Shown here: one piece after another, positions 51,725 through 62,899 of the stretch
Numbering within the stretch: position 1 is the first letter of the stretch
Layout of the letters: every line of letters starts with the position of its first letter
Assembly: GCA_002347265.1 (NCBI GenBank)
Contig: DDYB01000032.1
Coordinates: 86,850 to 150,849 of the forward strand
DNA: 64,000 nucleotides
Source: Desulfobacteraceae bacterium UBA2245
GTDB lineage: Bacteria > Desulfobacterota > Desulfobacteria > Desulfobacterales > UBA2245
Reading direction: 5' to 3'
The notes under the pieces: model-generated
What the model was told of the DNA's origin: nothing
The model's database searches: none
What the model saw: the letters and a program-made list of their open reading frames with translations, nothing else
Position numbers and translations under genes: made by a program

Positions 51725-54142
51725 ATGAAAGTAAGTTTGAGCTGGCTGCAGGATTACGTTGACCTGAAAATGGCATCCGCGGATCTGGTCGATGCCCTGA
51801 CCATGGTCGGCCTTGAGGTGGATGCGATCTGGGATCGTTATGAATACCTGGATAGTGTTCTGGTCGGCAGAATTCTTGAAATCATGCCGCATCCGAATGC
51901 CGATAAGCTCAGGATCTGTCGGGTGGATCTTTCACAGCGGGAGATGCCGGTCGTTTGCGGTGCGCCGAACATCCGCGTCGGAATGCATGTGGCGGTTGCT
52001 CTGGTCGGAACTCAGTTTCCCGGTGGAAGCCAGCTGCAGTCGACAGTGATTCGCGGGGTTGTTTCCGAGGGGATGATCTGCAGCGAATCAGAGCTTGCTT
52101 TAGGACCCGACCGGAGCGGAGTGATGGATCTGAAAGACCGGGGGTGCCCTGGTGAAAAGCTTGCGCAGGTGCTGGGACTTTCCGATCCTGTGATGGAAAT
52201 CGGATTGACGCCGAACCGTTCGGATTGTCTCAGTATCATAGGGCTGGCCAGGGAAGTGGCGGCCATTCAGAAAGCAGACCTTTGCCGCCCGCAGATTTGC
52301 CTGCCTGCCGGAGTCAAAAATATTGAAAGTCTGGCAAAGGTAACCATCGAGTCGCCCGAGCTGTGTCCCCGTTATGCGGCCCGGCTTCTGGAGGGAGTGG
52401 TTGTCGGTCCCTCTCCCTTTTGGCTTCAGGACCGTCTCCAGTCCGTGGGGCTCAGGTCGATCAACAACCTGGTGGATGTCACCAACTTTGTCATGATGGA
52501 AACCGGGCAGCCTTTGCATGCCTTTGATTTCGACAAGCTTGCCCAGAATCGCATCGTGGTGCGCAACGCCCGGGAAGGAGAGGAGTTCGTCACCCTGGAT
52601 GATAAGCGGCGGTCGCTTGGCCGGGACATGCTTTTGATTTGCGATGGTGAAAATCCCGTGGCGATTGCCGGGGTGATGGGCGGCCTTAACTCCGAGGTCG
52701 TGGATTCGACTCGCAGTGTTCTGATTGAAAGCGCCTGCTTTGAGCCGATCAGCATTCGCAAGACCGCCAAGAAGCTGGGTATGAGCACGGAGGCGTCCTA
52801 TCGTTTCGAACGGGGGGTTGATTCGAAGGGTACATTGTTTGCTCTCAATCGCGCGGCCCAGCTGATGGCCGAGGTTGCCGGAGGCGTTCTGGTTCAGGGA
52901 GTCATCGATGTACACCCGGGTCATGCCGAGGATGTGCCGCTGTCCTTGAGTGTGGAAAAAACCAACCGCCTGCTGGGAACAAATCTGGATGCGGGCCGAA
53001 TAGCCGATCTCCTGTCGTCCATCGAATTTACGGTTCAGCGGCAGGAAAGGGAAGATTTGCTGACGGTTCAGGTTCCCTCCTTCCGGGTGGATGTGACGCG
53101 GCCGGTGGATCTGATGGAGGAGGTGGCCCGGCTTTCGGGGTATGATCATATTCCCACAACCTTCCCTGAGAGTCCGGTCAGCGATAAGCCGATTGATCGT
53201 TGCTTGCAGATTCGGTCGCGGATTCGAGCCCTCATGAACGCTTTCGGATTCACCGAAGCCGTCAACTACAGCTTCATCAGCGGGAAGGCCTGCGACCATC
53301 TCAGGTACCCTGCGGAAGACCGCCGCAGGCGCTGCGTTCATATTCTCAATCCCCTTAGCGAGGATCAGGGCGTCATGCGAACTTCCCTGATGCCCGGACT
53401 TCTGGAAAACATGCGCAACAATGCGGCCCAGCAGGTTAAATGCCTGAAGCTTTTTGAGGTGGGAAGAATTTACATTGCCAGAGATGAGGACGCACTGCCC
53501 GAGGAACGGGAGATGCTTGCCGGTTTATGGTCTGGTCTGCGATCCGAAGCAACGTGGTATTCCAAGCCTGTGGAGTGTGATTTCTACGATTTGAAGGGCG
53601 TTGCAGAATCCCTGTTTGAGGCGTTGCGCATTGAAGGCATTGAATGTGTCCGCATGCCGGATGCGGACTGCATTGAGCTTCGCCCCGGGTCGGCGGCCCG
53701 GATGCTGGACGGGAATGCGCCGATTGGAATCATCGGAGAAATCCATCCCGAGTCGGCCCGCTGGCTGGGGTTGAAACAGACCGCCTATATTTTCGAGATA
53801 GATCTTGCCCGGATTTATGACCGCGTGCCGGAATCAAAACAAATCCGACCGGTTCCGAAGTTTCCGGCTATTTCCCGTGACATTACCATTATTGTGGATC
53901 AGAATATTGAGGCGCAGTGTATCATCAGACAGGCCCGTGTTCAAAAGAGCGAGCTGGTGGAAGACCTGTGCCTTTTGGATGTGTTTCAGGGAGATCCCAT
54001 TGCGCCTGGGAAAAAGAGCGCATCCCTGCGCGTGACGTACCGCTCGAATGTCAAGACCCTGGAAGATGAGGATATCCGGTCGCTCCATGAATCGATAACG
54101 CAAGGAATTATGGACGCTTTCGGGGCAACCTTGCCGGGTTGA
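51725..54142 (+). CDS. pheT: Phenylalanyl-tRNA synthetase beta subunit
   Basis: MKVSLSWL, HPNADKL, VVCGAPN, LTPNRSDCLS, GQPLHAFD, RFERGVD, KFPAISRDI. Confidence 0.98.
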   Translation: MKVSLSWLQDYVDLKMASADLVDALTMVGLEVDAIWDRYEYLDSVLVGRILEIMPHPNADKLRICRVDLSQREMPVVCGAPNIRVGMHVAVALVGTQFPGGSQLQSTVIRGVVSEGMICSESELALGPDRSGVMDLKDRGCPGEKLAQVLGLSDPVMEIGLTPNRSDCLSIIGLAREVAAIQKADLCRPQICLPAGVKNIESLAKVTIESPELCPRYAARLLEGVVVGPSPFWLQDRLQSVGLRSINNLVDVTNFVMMETGQPLHAFDFDKLAQNRIVVRNAREGEEFVTLDDKRRSLGRDMLLICDGENPVAIAGVMGGLNSEVVDSTRSVLIESACFEPISIRKTAKKLGMSTEASYRFERGVDSKGTLFALNRAAQLMAEVAGGVLVQGVIDVHPGHAEDVPLSLSVEKTNRLLGTNLDAGRIADLLSSIEFTVQRQEREDLLTVQVPSFRVDVTRPVDLMEEVARLSGYDHIPTTFPESPVSDKPIDRCLQIRSRIRALMNAFGFTEAVNYSFISGKACDHLRYPAEDRRRRCVHILNPLSEDQGVMRTSLMPGLLENMRNNAAQQVKCLKLFEVGRIYIARDEDALPEEREMLAGLWSGLRSEATWYSKPVECDFYDLKGVAESLFEALRIEGIECVRMPDADCIELRPGSAARMLDGNAPIGIIGEIHPESARWLGLKQTAYIFEIDLARIYDRVPESKQIRPVPKFPAISRDITIIVDQNIEAQCIIRQARVQKSELVEDLCLLDVFQGDPIAPGKKSASLRVTYRSNVKTLEDEDIRSLHESITQGIMDAFGATLPG

Positions 54143-54231
54143 AACGTCCTGAGGATGCGGCGTTTCGAATTTCTTTCGGGGACCTTGGCGACATGCCGGG
54201 ATACGTCCCGCGGTGCGAGAGGTTTGAAAAT

Positions 54232-54576
54232 ATGGCCGCTATGACGCCGGAGTCCGATATTCCCGACAAACTGTATTTCAAGATCGGAGAAGCCGCACAG
54301 ATCGCCGGCGTTCCAACCTATGTGCTCAGATTCTGGGAGACGGAATTCCCGCGAATAAATCCCAAAAGAACCCCGTCGGGGCAGCGGCTCTACCGAAGGC
54401 AGGACGTTGAACTTATTTTGGAAATCAAACGCCTCCTGTATGAAAATAAATTCACCATTCAGGGCGCCAGGGAATATTTAAAGACAGCTTCCCGGAAGAA
54501 AGAACGGGATCAGTCGCATTTTACCCTGGAAGATATTCAGAAAGAGCTGGAATCCATCCGGAAGCTGCTGTCCTGA
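54232..54576 (+). CDS. MerR-family HTH protein
   Basis: IPDKLYFKIGEAA......YVLRFWETEFP.I.P.R...GQRLYRR; usual position downstream of pheT. Confidence 0.9.
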   Translation: MAAMTPESDIPDKLYFKIGEAAQIAGVPTYVLRFWETEFPRINPKRTPSGQRLYRRQDVELILEIKRLLYENKFTIQGAREYLKTASRKKERDQSHFTLEDIQKELESIRKLLS

Positions 54577-54683
54577 GATCTAAATCCTTTTGTATGCATT
54601 TCTAAACCTGTTAAGGCCGATCATGCCGAATGCTTTCTGCGGCTGATACTGTTGCGGCGACGCTAAAGAGCTGTTTAAAGATA

Positions 54684-54712
54684 TTGACAAGAAAAATAAA
54701 TGGTTTTATAGT
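54684..54712 (+). promoter_or_regulatory. Sigma70 promoter of tRNA-Gly
   Basis: TTGACA-17-TATAGT immediately upstream of the tRNA. Confidence 0.85.
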
Positions 54713-54725
54713 TGCCCAACAAAGA

Positions 54726-54801
54726 GCGGGCATAGCTCAGTTGGTAGAGTACAAGCTTCCCAAGCTTGGTGTCGCGAGTTCGAATCTCGTTGCCCGCTCC
54801 A
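54726..54801 (+). tRNA. tRNA-Gly (anticodon CCC)
   Basis: 76-nt cloverleaf: GCGGGCA acceptor stem, GCTC/GAGT D-stem, CAAGC-TTCCCAA-GCTTG anticodon arm, GTTCGAAT T-loop, encoded CCA. Confidence 0.97.
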
Positions 54802-54938
54802 GTTAAGAAGTCCGCCTTTTCTATGTAAGGGTAGAGCTGTTTTCAACGTTGCTGGGATTTATGGACGGAACGGCGATGATGGTGGGATGAACGGATAAGG
54901 CGCATCGATCTGCTGAAAATCGATACATAGAGAAGAGG

Positions 54939-54965
54939 AAACGGGCGGTTGCCCGTTTTTTATTT
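54939..54965 (+). terminator. Terminator-like hairpin between tRNA-Gly and rimP
   Basis: AAACGGGC-GGTT-GCCCGTTT followed by TTTATTT. Confidence 0.7.
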
Positions 54966-55002
54966 TGCAAAAACAGGGTATATCGGGTTTGCAAGAATAG
55001 AT

Positions 55003-55548
55003 ATGCAGAAAAAACGATTGGAAAAAAAAAGAACATCGCGAATCGCCAAAGCTCAAGGTCAGGCAGGAGCGTCCTTTTTCAAGGAGGTAGCCGCTCAAGT
55101 CATGCGGTTGGCGGAACCATTGTGCGAATCCGAGGGAATCGAACTGGTTCATGTGGAGCATCAGCTTGAGACGTCAGGGCGTACGCTGAGACTCTACATT
55201 GACAAGCCGGGCGGTGTGACGCTGGATGATTGCGCGGCCATCAGCCGTCAGCTCGGCGATATTCTGGATGTCAACCTTGAGGCGGGTGGATTTTATCATC
55301 TGGAGGTATCGTCGCCCGGCCCGGAACGTCCTCTGGGAAAAAAACAGGATTACGCGAGATTCAAGGGGAAGACCGTTAAGATCAGAACGCTTCGCCCGGT
55401 GAATGACAGAAGGAGTTTCCGAGGCGTGTTGATGGGCGTTACCCAGGATGTGGTAACAGTCGTGGTAAACGGGGAGAAGATCGACATACCCTTTGCGGAA
55501 ATTGCCAGAGGACGCCTGACCTCAAATAACGGAGAAAACGGATGTTAA
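55003..55548 (+). CDS. rimP: Ribosome maturation factor RimP
   Basis: LRLYIDKPGGVTLDDCA, YHLEVSSPGPERPL; start uncertain. Confidence 0.93.
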   Translation: MQKKRLEKKRTSRIAKAQGQAGASFFKEVAAQVMRLAEPLCESEGIELVHVEHQLETSGRTLRLYIDKPGGVTLDDCAAISRQLGDILDVNLEAGGFYHLEVSSPGPERPLGKKQDYARFKGKTVKIRTLRPVNDRRSFRGVLMGVTQDVVTVVVNGEKIDIPFAEIARGRLTSNNGENGC

Positions 55549-56855
55549 TTACAGATATCAAGCGTGTTGTCGAACAGGTGAGCAAAGACAAGGGAATTGA
55601 TCGTGCGGTGCTTATCAAGGCTCTTGAGGACGCGCTGCGTTCCGCGGCACGAAGAAAATACGGCAATAAAATCGATATTGAAGTCAAGTACAGCGAAGAA
55701 ACCGGCGAGATAGAAGTTTTTCAGTTCAAAGAGGTGGTGGAAAAAATTACCGAACCGGATCTTCAGATCAGCCTGGAAGAGGGTCGGAAGCTGGATCCTG
55801 AGTGCGAGATCGGCGACAGCCTCGGCACCAAAATGGATACGGCCGCCTTTGGGCGGATAGCTGCGCAATCCGCAAAACAGGTGATTATTCAAAAGATGAA
55901 AGATGCTGAACGGGATGCCGTTTTTTCAAATTTTATCGAACGTAAAGGGGAGATTATCAACGGAATCGTCCAGCGTTTTGACCGCAACGACATCATCGTG
56001 AATCTGGGCCAAACCGAGGGGACGATGCCGCTGCGTGAGCAAATTCCAAAGGAGACCTACCGCCGCGGCGACCGGATTCGAGCGTATATTCTGGATGTTT
56101 TGTACGAATCCCGCGGTCCCCAGATTGTTTTGTCCCGGACTCACCCGAATTTTCTGATCAGCCTCTTTAAAACCGAGGTACCGGAGATCGGCGAGGGAAT
56201 CGTTCTTATCAAGGATGCCGCCAGGGAACCGGGCAGCCGGGCGAAGATCGCCGTTTCTTCCACGGATTCGGATATTGATCCCGTGGGGGCCTGCGTCGGA
56301 ATGAAGGGCAGCCGGGTGCAGAATGTCGTTCAGGAGCTCAGGGGGGAGAAGATCGATATTATTTCCTGGCATGTGGATCCGGCAAAATATGTCTGCAACG
56401 CATTGTCGCCCGCGGAAATATCCCGGGTGATCATCGATGAGGAAAATCATGCCATGGAAATTATTGTTCCCGATGAATCCTTGTCCGTTGCGATCGGGAA
56501 GCGAGGCCAGAACGTGAAGCTGGCCTCCAAGCTTACCGGGTGGCGTCTGGATGTCAAGAGCGCCAGCAGCTACGACCAGACCTTGAAGTCCGGGTACGCT
56601 TCCCTGATGGAGCTGCCGGGAATGTCGCAGAATCTGGTGTATAAGCTGGCGGCCAGCGGATATTATTCCACGCTGGAACTGCGTCGGGCTACGGTGGATG
56701 ATTTGGTCGAGATCACGGGCCTTACACCCGAACAGGCGCAGGGTTTTATTGAAGCGGCTGCGGCCAGGCCGGTGGAGGAATCCGCACCTGAAGAAAAAAG
56801 CGCTGAAGGCGAAAACGCTGCAGACTCAGAAGCTCCCAAAACCGAGGAGTCATGA
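55542..56855 (+). CDS. nusA: Transcription termination/antitermination factor NusA
   Basis: FGRIAAQSAKQVIIQK, AREPGSRAKIAV, DPVGACVGMKGSRVQ, AIGKRGQNVKLASKLTGW. Confidence 0.98.
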   Translation: MLITDIKRVVEQVSKDKGIDRAVLIKALEDALRSAARRKYGNKIDIEVKYSEETGEIEVFQFKEVVEKITEPDLQISLEEGRKLDPECEIGDSLGTKMDTAAFGRIAAQSAKQVIIQKMKDAERDAVFSNFIERKGEIINGIVQRFDRNDIIVNLGQTEGTMPLREQIPKETYRRGDRIRAYILDVLYESRGPQIVLSRTHPNFLISLFKTEVPEIGEGIVLIKDAAREPGSRAKIAVSSTDSDIDPVGACVGMKGSRVQNVVQELRGEKIDIISWHVDPAKYVCNALSPAEISRVIIDEENHAMEIIVPDESLSVAIGKRGQNVKLASKLTGWRLDVKSASSYDQTLKSGYASLMELPGMSQNLVYKLAASGYYSTLELRRATVDDLVEITGLTPEQAQGFIEAAAARPVEESAPEEKSAEGENAADSEAPKTEES

Positions 56856-56943
56856 TTCGTCGCCTTATACCGACGTGATGCATTATCAAAGTCGAATCGT
56901 GGGACAGTTCGGTTAATCAGCAAAGTTAAGCTAAGGGGGATGG

Positions 56944-59670
56944 ATGGCGAAGATCAGAGTATACGAGCTTGCCAGGGATCTCAATATGACGAACAAGGAG
57001 CTGCTCGAGAAGTTGATCGAGCTGGGTATTTCCGTGAACAGCCATATGAGCGCTCTGGAAGATGAGGACCTTAATAAGATCAGGGCCGATCTTCAAGGTG
57101 CAGAATCAAAAGATGTGGAAGTCAAGCGCGTCCGGCCAACAGTGATCCGAAGGCGTAAAAAACAGGCTGCCGAGGAAGCTGAGGAGGCTGAAACAACCGC
57201 TGGATCTGAGCCGGAAGTCGTCGAAGATACAGAGACCGCTGAAAAAGAAGTGCCCGATATCGCTCTTGAGGTGCGGCCTGTTGTTGAAGAAATCCCTCAG
57301 CCAGAGCCGCAAGTCCAGCCTTCCGCGGGCATACCCGAGGAGGCCCAAGCTTCGCCGGCTGAACCTCCGGAATCCATTCGACAAGTGGCTCCAGAATCAA
57401 GAGCTGAAACCATTCAAGAACCCGAGGCCGTACCTGTGGAACCCCTTGCCGTGGCCGTTGCAGTTGAAGAAGAAAAAGTCGAACCGGCGGCAGCTCCGGC
57501 GAGACTGCCAAAAGCTAAAAAGAAAACCAGGAAAGATATGCCGGCAAAGATTATCAGCCTTCCTGAGCAGGTTGAGGAAAAACCGGCGGCGCAGGAGCCT
57601 GAGCCGATCATCCCCCTGAAGGCTTTTGACAAAGCGGCATTGACGGAGCCCAAGGAACCTGAATTAATCGAAGTGAAGGAAAAACCGCTTTCCGAGGACA
57701 AAAAGAAGAAAAAGGGAAAAATAAAGGCCGATGTAGTTAAGGTTGAAGAAGAAATTCGGGACAAGAAGATCATCAAAAAGAAAGTGACCTTCCGGAAAAA
57801 AGAAATCGTGGAGGGAGCGGATCTTTACGATGAAATTCCCCGTGGGCGAAAGGCCAAGAAGGGTGCAAAGCCCAAGCCGGTTTCCCAGGGAACCCAGATT
57901 ACGACGCCCAAGGCGATCAAGCGGCGGGTGAAGATTGACGACAGCATTATTCTGGCCGATCTTGCCAAGCGCATGGGCATCAAGGCCGGTGAAATGATCA
58001 AAAAACTCTTGATGATGGGCGTGATGGCCACGGTTAATCAGACCATCGATTTCGACACCGCCGCTCTGGTGGCTGCCGAGTTTGGTTACGAGGTGGAAAG
58101 GGCTTCCTTCGAAGAGGAAACTTTGATGCGGGTTGAACAGGATGATCCGGCAAAGCTGATGCCCAGGCCGCCGGTAGTGACCATCATGGGGCATGTCGAC
58201 CACGGAAAAACCTCGTTGCTGGATGCGATTAGAAAGACCCGTGTCACCGAGGATGAGGCCGGAGGCATTACCCAGCATATCGGCGCCTACAATGTGGCGA
58301 CCGAGAAAGGGCAGATCGTATTTCTGGATACGCCGGGCCATGAGGCTTTTACGGCGATGCGTTCAAGAGGCGCTCAGATTACCGACATCGTGGTTCTGGT
58401 CGTTGCCGCCGATGACGGCGTGATGCCTCAGACGCTTGAAGCGATCAATCATGCCAAGGCAGCCGGCGTCTCCATCATCGTGGCGGTCAACAAGATCGAT
58501 AAGCCCGGCGCGGACCCGGACAGAGTGCTGCGGCAGTTGTCCGAAGTCGGATTGACTTCCGAGGAATGGGGCGGCGATACTATTTTTGTCAAGGTTTCCG
58601 CCAAAAAGAAGCTGGGCATCAACGAGCTGCTCGATATGATACTGCTTCAGGCGGAAATCATGGAGCTCAAGGCCAACCCGTACAAGCTGGCTTCCGGACA
58701 TGTTGTTGAAGCCAAGATTGATGCGGGACGGGGGCCGGTGGCAACCGTTCTGGTCGAGGAAGGAACGCTTCGGGTCGGGGATCCGATCGTTTGCGGAATT
58801 CATTCCGGAAAAATCAGGGCTATGATCAGTGATCGGGGGGGGCTGGAGGAGTCGGCCGGGCCGTCGATTCCCGTCGAGATTATCGGCCTTTCGGGAGTTC
58901 CCATGGCGGGGGATGATTTCGTGGCGCTCAACGATGAGAAAAATGCACGCCAGATCAGCCTTCACAGAACTCAGAAGCTTCGGTCCCAGGAGCTGGCCAA
59001 GACAAGCCGCCTGAGTCTGGAAAAACTCTATGAACGGATGCAGGAAGGGAAAATCAAGGACCTGAACATCATCATCAAGGCCGACGTTCACGGGTCGATA
59101 GAAGCCCTGGCCGATTCTCTGATCAAGCTCTCCAATGAGGAAGTCCAGATCCACGTTATTCATTCTGCCACGGGAACCATCTCTGAGTCCGATGTTTCCC
59201 TGGCTGCAGTGTCCAATGCCATTATTATCGGCTTTAATGTTCGACCGAGTTCCAAGATTCAGGATATGGCCGCCGAAGAACACGTGGACATGCGCTTCTA
59301 TAACATCATCTACAATGTGATCAAGGACGTCAAGGATGCGATCGTGGGCATGATGGCTTCGACGTTCGAAGAGCGAATGATTGGCAAAGCCTCTGTCCGT
59401 GATGTTTTTCATGTTCCCAGGGTGGGCGCGGTGGCCGGATGCTATGTCACGGAAGGCAAATTGGAGCGGGGCCGCCCCGTGCGTCTGATACGTGACGGCA
59501 TCGTTCAGTTTGAAGGCAAGATCGGTTCTCTTCGGCGGTTCAAAGACGACGTCAAAGAGGTTGCGGCCGGATATGAGTGCGGTGTGGGCATTGAGAATTA
59601 CAACGACATCAAGGTCGATGACGTCATGGAATGCTTTTATATGGAAGAAATCAAGCCCGAGTTTGAATGA
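56944..59670 (+). CDS. infB: Translation initiation factor IF-2
   Basis: [59 protein letters not shown]. Confidence 0.98.
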   Translation: MAKIRVYELARDLNMTNKELLEKLIELGISVNSHMSALEDEDLNKIRADLQGAESKDVEVKRVRPTVIRRRKKQAAEEAEEAETTAGSEPEVVEDTETAEKEVPDIALEVRPVVEEIPQPEPQVQPSAGIPEEAQASPAEPPESIRQVAPESRAETIQEPEAVPVEPLAVAVAVEEEKVEPAAAPARLPKAKKKTRKDMPAKIISLPEQVEEKPAAQEPEPIIPLKAFDKAALTEPKEPELIEVKEKPLSEDKKKKKGKIKADVVKVEEEIRDKKIIKKKVTFRKKEIVEGADLYDEIPRGRKAKKGAKPKPVSQGTQITTPKAIKRRVKIDDSIILADLAKRMGIKAGEMIKKLLMMGVMATVNQTIDFDTAALVAAEFGYEVERASFEEETLMRVEQDDPAKLMPRPPVVTIMGHVDHGKTSLLDAIRKTRVTEDEAGGITQHIGAYNVATEKGQIVFLDTPGHEAFTAMRSRGAQITDIVVLVVAADDGVMPQTLEAINHAKAAGVSIIVAVNKIDKPGADPDRVLRQLSEVGLTSEEWGGDTIFVKVSAKKKLGINELLDMILLQAEIMELKANPYKLASGHVVEAKIDAGRGPVATVLVEEGTLRVGDPIVCGIHSGKIRAMISDRGGLEESAGPSIPVEIIGLSGVPMAGDDFVALNDEKNARQISLHRTQKLRSQELAKTSRLSLEKLYERMQEGKIKDLNIIIKADVHGSIEALADSLIKLSNEEVQIHVIHSATGTISESDVSLAAVSNAIIIGFNVRPSSKIQDMAAEEHVDMRFYNIIYNVIKDVKDAIVGMMASTFEERMIGKASVRDVFHVPRVGAVAGCYVTEGKLERGRPVRLIRDGIVQFEGKIGSLRRFKDDVKEVAAGYECGVGIENYNDIKVDDVMECFYMEEIKPEFE

Positions 59671-59708
59671 GAATGATGAAGAAAAATTTTCGAATCAGGC
59701 GGTGAGTC

Positions 59709-59996
59709 ATGGTCGTCGGACTCGGAATGATGACGTTTCGTTTGCACGAGTGCAACAGTCTGAAAGCAAAGAGAAGTATTGTCAAATCGATCATCGGCCA
59801 GATGCGAAACCATTTTAATGCATCCATAGCCGAAGTGGGTTCCAATGAAGTGTATCAGCGGGCGGAGATCGGTTTTTCCATGGTCGGCAATGACCGCCGG
59901 CTGATAAACGCCAAGATCGACAAGATGTTTAATTTTGTTGAGGCGCTTGGATTGGCGGAGTTGATAGATACGGACATGGAGATTATGAATATATGA
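59709..59996 (+). CDS. DUF503 (YlxP-like) protein
   Basis: MVVG......L.EC.SLK.KRS.VKS, FNASIAEV; conserved position between infB and rbfA. Confidence 0.88.
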   Translation: MVVGLGMMTFRLHECNSLKAKRSIVKSIIGQMRNHFNASIAEVGSNEVYQRAEIGFSMVGNDRRLINAKIDKMFNFVEALGLAELIDTDMEIMNI

Positions 59997-60370
59997 GACA
60001 TTTTTCCAGGTCCGACAGAGTGGCCGGATTGATCCAGCGGTTGCTTTCGGTGCTGCTGGCCAAAGAAATCAAGGACCCGCGGCTTGAAATGGCCGTCATT
60101 ACCAGCGTGGACATGTCCGACGACCTGCGTAATGCGAGAATCTATTTTATCCCTTCCGGGGGGCGGCGGAACCGGGTTGATGCCGAGAAGGGATTCAAGG
60201 CGGCCCGTGGATATATCAAGCGAACACTGGCTCGTGAACTGGGTTTGCGCTATATGCCGGAACTCGAATTCTGCTTTGACGAATCATTTGATTATGGATC
60301 GCGCATCGAAGAGATTCTTCAATCCATAGACACAGCCGATGGATCGGATCATCAAACACCTGAAAAATAG
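59993..60370 (+). CDS. rbfA: Ribosome-binding factor A
   Basis: RSDRVAGLIQ, IKDPRL, VDMSDDLRNARIY, LRYMPELEF.FDES. Confidence 0.95.
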   Translation: MRHFSRSDRVAGLIQRLLSVLLAKEIKDPRLEMAVITSVDMSDDLRNARIYFIPSGGRRNRVDAEKGFKAARGYIKRTLARELGLRYMPELEFCFDESFDYGSRIEEILQSIDTADGSDHQTPEK

Positions 60371-61382
60371 CCGTCATGTGCTTCTGGCCACCCATGTCAA
60401 TCCGGATGGGGATGGTCTTGGATCCATGATTGCCCTGGGCCTGGTTCTGGATGCCATGGGCCGGCGGATCACGCTATACAATGAAAGCCCTATTCCTGCG
60501 GTATTTTATTTCCTTCCGGAAGTCGGAAGGATCGTAAGGAAAATCAAAGACTTTCGCGATTATGACACCGCCGCGATTCTGGACTGCAGCGACCTTGGAA
60601 GGGTGGGCGAATCGGCTGCGGAGATCGATCAGATTCCCACTGTGATTAACATCGATCACCATATTACCAATTCGAATTTCGGGAATATGCAGCTGATTTC
60701 CCCGGATGCCTGTGCATCCGCTGAGATTGTTTACCGCTTGATTCGGCGCATGGGTGCGCGGATCGATAAAAATATAGCGATATCGATATATACCGGCATA
60801 TTGACCGATACAGGTTCGTTTCGATTTGCCAATACCAACCGGGCGGCTTTTGAAATTTGCGAGGAAATGATACAGATCGGGGTTGAGCCTTACATGGTGG
60901 CGCAGAAGGTATATGGTGCCTATTCGCTTGGAAGGATCAAGTTGCTGAACCTGGCGCTGAACTCCATTGAGATATCCTCGAACCGGAAGATGTCCATGAT
61001 GACGCTGACTCAGAAAATGCTCGATGAAACCCATACCCGGTCGGAGGATATCGACGGACTGATCCCCTATGCCATGGGAATTGCCGATATCCGCGTGGCG
61101 GTGCTTGTTCGGGAACGCCACGATTCAAGTCAGATACTCGCGCAACGCAAAAGGTATCATGTCAGCCTTCCGGGCAGGGACTGGCATTTTCCCGGAGAGG
61201 AAGGGGAATCGCTGAAAAAAAATCAGTTTGACGTCAGTCTGAGGTCCGACGGCACGGTCGATGTGGCCGCAATTGCCGCCCGTTTCGGCGGAGGCGGTCA
61301 TTCCCGGGCAGCCGGTTTCAGTATCGAGACCTCCCTGGAGGATCTGAAGAAACAACTGTTTGAGCTTTCGGAAAGGTTTTGA
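60339..61382 (+). CDS. nrnA: DHH/DHHA1 phosphoesterase (NrnA-like nanoRNase/pAp phosphatase)
   Basis: THVNPDGDGLGS, LDCSD, NIDHH, GILTDTGSFRF, SLRS...FGGGGHSRAAG. Confidence 0.88.
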   Translation: MDRIIKHLKNSRHVLLATHVNPDGDGLGSMIALGLVLDAMGRRITLYNESPIPAVFYFLPEVGRIVRKIKDFRDYDTAAILDCSDLGRVGESAAEIDQIPTVINIDHHITNSNFGNMQLISPDACASAEIVYRLIRRMGARIDKNIAISIYTGILTDTGSFRFANTNRAAFEICEEMIQIGVEPYMVAQKVYGAYSLGRIKLLNLALNSIEISSNRKMSMMTLTQKMLDETHTRSEDIDGLIPYAMGIADIRVAVLVRERHDSSQILAQRKRYHVSLPGRDWHFPGEEGESLKKNQFDVSLRSDGTVDVAAIAARFGGGGHSRAAGFSIETSLEDLKKQLFELSERF

Positions 61383-62302
61383 ATACCGCGGAAACCAATG
61401 CATGCAGCGGGATTCTGATTATCGACAAGCCTGCGGATATGAGTTCGGCAAAGGTCGTGGCTCATATCAAAAAAATGACCCGGGTTAAGAAAGCGGGGCA
61501 TGCCGGTACGCTGGATCCCTCCGCCACCGGGGTTCTGGTTTGCTGCCTCAACCAGGCGACCCGGCTGGCGAGGTTTTTTCTGCACGGAGACAAAACGTAC
61601 CTGGCCGAACTTTTTCTGGGGGTTGAGACCGATACTCAGGATGCAACGGGTGAGGTTGTTGCAAAACGTCCGGTTCTGTGCGATACGCAGACCGTGCTTT
61701 CGACGCTTCGATCTTTTCAGGGCGTCCAGCAGCAGATACCGCCGGTTTTTTCGGCCCTCAAACACCAGGGGTCGCCTTTATACCGGTGGGCCCGAAAGGG
61801 CCAATATATCGAAAAGAGCGCGCGGGAAATAGAAATTTATTCCATTCATGCGGCGCAGATCAGCCTGCCGTGGGCGCGCTTTGAGGTGCGGTGTTCATCG
61901 GGAACCTATATACGGACCTTATGCGCCGATATCGGTGACGCCCTTGGATGCGGCGGACATCTGGCGAATCTGAGAAGACTCGGCAGCAGCCAGTTTCGAA
62001 TTCAGGACGCTCTTTCCCTGGCGGATCTGGATCAGCTGGTCGAGGCGGGCCGGATGACCGAAAGGCTAATCCCGATGGCGGATGTTCTGCCGTTCATGCC
62101 CGGTGTGGTCGCCGATGATGCATTGAGGAAGCGGATTTTTAACGGCAAGCGCCTGACTTTTGATGACATTCAGGGCCTGCCGAATGAATTCAGGGAAGGA
62201 TATTTTAAGATTACGGATGCCACGGGCCGCCTGCTTGCCGTGATGCGGGCCGAACCAGGATGCAGCGACTATCAATATGGTTGCGTTTTTCCGTATGAAT
62301 GA
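61379..62302 (+). CDS. truB: tRNA pseudouridine(55) synthase
   Basis: IDKP, KAGHAGTLDPSATGVL, QIPPVFSALK, CSSGTYIRTLC, GHLANLRR; TTG start overlaps the upstream stop. Confidence 0.96.
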   Translation: MNTAETNACSGILIIDKPADMSSAKVVAHIKKMTRVKKAGHAGTLDPSATGVLVCCLNQATRLARFFLHGDKTYLAELFLGVETDTQDATGEVVAKRPVLCDTQTVLSTLRSFQGVQQQIPPVFSALKHQGSPLYRWARKGQYIEKSAREIEIYSIHAAQISLPWARFEVRCSSGTYIRTLCADIGDALGCGGHLANLRRLGSSQFRIQDALSLADLDQLVEAGRMTERLIPMADVLPFMPGVVADDALRKRIFNGKRLTFDDIQGLPNEFREGYFKITDATGRLLAVMRAEPGCSDYQYGCVFPYE

Positions 62303-62411
62303 AGTAAATACATAATCGGATTCAACTGGATTTCCGATCGGAAGTCCAAAGGTGTGCCGGATCCGGTGATTTGTGGAACGTGAATTTATCAATAACAGGA
62401 GGCGAAAAAAA

Positions 62412-62681
62412 GTGGTTCTATCAGTGGAAAACAAAAAGGACTTAATCGGGCGGTTCAAGCTTCACGAAAGCGATACCGGATCTCCGGAGGTTCAGGTCGC
62501 TCTGCTGACCCATCGCATTGAATATTTGACCGAGCATCTCAAGGTTCATAAAAAGGATCATCATTCCCGCAGAGGACTCTTGATGCTGGTCGGGCGGCGC
62601 AGAAGACTCTTGAACTACGTGAAGACCAAGAATATTCAGAGATACCGCGGCATCATTGAGACGCTCGGGCTCAGGCGATAG
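62412..62681 (+). CDS. rpsO: 30S ribosomal protein S15
   Basis: GTG start, 89 aa; [25 protein letters not shown]. Confidence 0.98.
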   Translation: MVLSVENKKDLIGRFKLHESDTGSPEVQVALLTHRIEYLTEHLKVHKKDHHSRRGLLMLVGRRRRLLNYVKTKNIQRYRGIIETLGLRR

Positions 62682-62736
62682 GTCATCGCGCGAAGTCGGA
62701 AGCCCATTGGGCTTCCTGCCGGCCATGGTCCGGCTG

Positions 62737-62770
62737 CAAGGATCGAGATGATCTCCCCTTGTATTTTTTT
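62737..62770 (+). terminator. Putative terminator after rpsO
   Basis: Imperfect hairpin CAAGG..GAGAT-G-ATCTC..CCTTG followed by TATTTTTTT. Confidence 0.5.
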
Positions 62771-62899
62771 ACTCGACACGGCGGCCAGGCAACAAAACGA
62801 AGCAGACATGCCCGGGCAAAGGCGCCGCTTTGGTAGTGATGCGACGGTTCGTTATCCGTGCGGCGAGTATTTATTTTTAGAAAGTTTTTAGGAGAAGAT

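Noticed and set aside
54726-54801. tRNA-Gly as an integration site for an island
   Set aside because: No duplicated tRNA 3' end or integrase seen; flanks are core genes.
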